Translations under genes and position numbers: made by a program
Assembly: GCF_032191835.1 (NCBI RefSeq)
Contig: NC_083223.1
Coordinates: forward strand, 221,154,001-221,218,000
Length of the DNA: 64,000 nt
Direction: 5' to 3'
From: Heteronotia binoei
Taxonomy: Eukaryota
Notes under the pieces: model-generated
What the model was told of the DNA's origin: nothing
The model's database searches: none
What the model saw: the letters and a program-made list of their open reading frames with translations, nothing else
Part shown: one piece after another, positions 62,523-64,000 of the stretch
Numbering within the stretch: the first letter of the stretch is position 1
How the letters are laid out: each line of letters begins with the position of its first letter

Positions 62523-63825
62523 AACATAAGAACATAAGAGAAGCCATGTTGGATCAGGCCAACGGCCCATCCAGTCCAACACTCTGTGTCACACAGTGGC
62601 AAAAAATTTTATATACACACATACACTGTGGCTAATAGCCACTGATGGACCTGTGCTCCATATTTTTATCTAAACCCCTCTTGAAGGTGGCTATACTTGT
62701 GGCCGCCACCACCTCCTGTGGCAGTGAATTCCACATGTTAATCACCCTTTGGGTGAAGAAGTACTTCCTTTTATCCGTTTTAACCTGTCTGCTCAGCAAT
62801 TTCATCGAATGCCCACGAGTTCTTGTATTGTGAGAAAGGGAGAAAAGTACTTCTTTCTCTACTTTCTCCATCCCATGCATTATCTTGTAAACCTCTATCA
62901 TGTCACCCCGCAGTCGACATTTCTCCAAGCTAAAGAGTCCCAAGCGTTTCAACCTTTCTTCATAGGGAAAGTGCTCCAGCCCTTTAATCATTCTAGTTGC
63001 CCTTCTCTGGACTTTCTCCAATGCTATAATATCCTTTTTGAGGTGCAGCGACCAGAACTGCACACAGTACTCCAAATGAGACCGCACCATCGATTTATAC
63101 AGGGGCATTATGATACTGGCTGATTTGTTTTCAATTCCCTTCCTAATAATTCCCAGCATGGCGTTGGCCTTTTTTATTGCAAACGTACACTGTCTTGACA
63201 TTTTCAGTGAGTTATCTACCACGACCCCAAGATCTCTCTCTTGGTCAGTCTCTGCCAGTTCACACCCCATCAACTTGTATTTGTAGCTGGGATTCTTGGC
63301 CCCAATGTGCATTACTTTGCACTTGGCCACAATGAACCGCATCTGCCACATTGACACCCACTCACCCAGCCTCAACAGATCCCTTTGGAGTGCCTCACAA
63401 TCCTCTCTGGTTCTCACCACCCTGAACTATTTAGTGTCATCCGCAAACTTGGCCACTTCACTGCTCACTCCCAACTCTAAATCATTTATGAACAAGTTAA
63501 AGAGCATGGGACCCAGTACCGAGCCCTGCGGCACCCCACTGCTTACTGTCCTCCACTGCGAAGACTGCCCATTTATACTCACTCTCTGCTTCCTATTACT
63601 CAGCCAGTTTTTGATCCACAAGAGGACCTGTCCTTTTACTCCATGACTATCCAGCTTTCTAAGGAGCCTTTGATGAGGAACTTTATCAAAAGCTTTCTGG
63701 AAGTCAAGGTAAACAACATCTATCGGGTCTCCTTTGTCCACATGTTTGTTCACCCCCTCAAAGAAATGTAACAGGTTACTGAGGCAAGATCTTCCCTTGC
63801 AGAACCCATGCTGAGTCTTCCTCAA
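62523..63825 (-). mobile_element. 5'-truncated CR1 LINE, same family as 29677-33967
   Basis: RT C-terminal ORFs 63427..63825 and 62632..63420 (FADD motif); same 3' tail; flanking duplication ATTCTTAACA at 62517-62526 and 63825-63834. Confidence 0.96.
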
Positions 63826-64000
63826 TTCTTAACACCACTGGTGAAGGAATTGTGGCCAGCGCCACCCCAGAACATTGTGGCTTTTTTATTTTGAAAAACT
63901 TTCAAATGATCAACTACCTTAAAAACTATAGAATGGAGAGCAATGTCAGTAGTCATGTATTTTGTCTATCATATCCCTTTGCTTCCCAATCATTTATCTG

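Overview
Vertebrate genomic DNA from a squamate reptile, probably a gecko (inferred from the SINE/CR1/hAT repeat landscape). The window covers the middle of tau-tubulin kinase 1 (TTBK1) on the minus strand. Nine consecutive coding exons were reconstructed with canonical AG/GT sites and consistent phases (61276 down to 21333), one of them clipped by an assembly gap. They are followed by two in-phase, stop-containing candidate alternative terminal exons (4469-4185 and 1434-1282); the long-isoform poly-Glu exon was not found and presumably lies left of the window. The introns are packed with transposons: a near full-length CR1 LINE, truncated CR1s, L2, L1 and RTE/BovB-like fragments, a Gypsy relic, tRNA-derived SINEs, a Penelope fragment carrying a minimal hammerhead ribozyme, and many non-autonomous hAT elements. 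The most unusual structure is a ~4.0 kb hAT-type element (52574-56608, perfect 8-bp TSD ATAGGTCT) built almost entirely from hairpins and arrays: a 165-bp array of perfect palindromes, a 15-copy tandem array of the CR1 3' end, and a 908-bp inverted repeat. Three N gaps: 29513-29676, 46881-47031, 53839-54203. All work was by eye; family names and homologies are from recall and need database confirmation.
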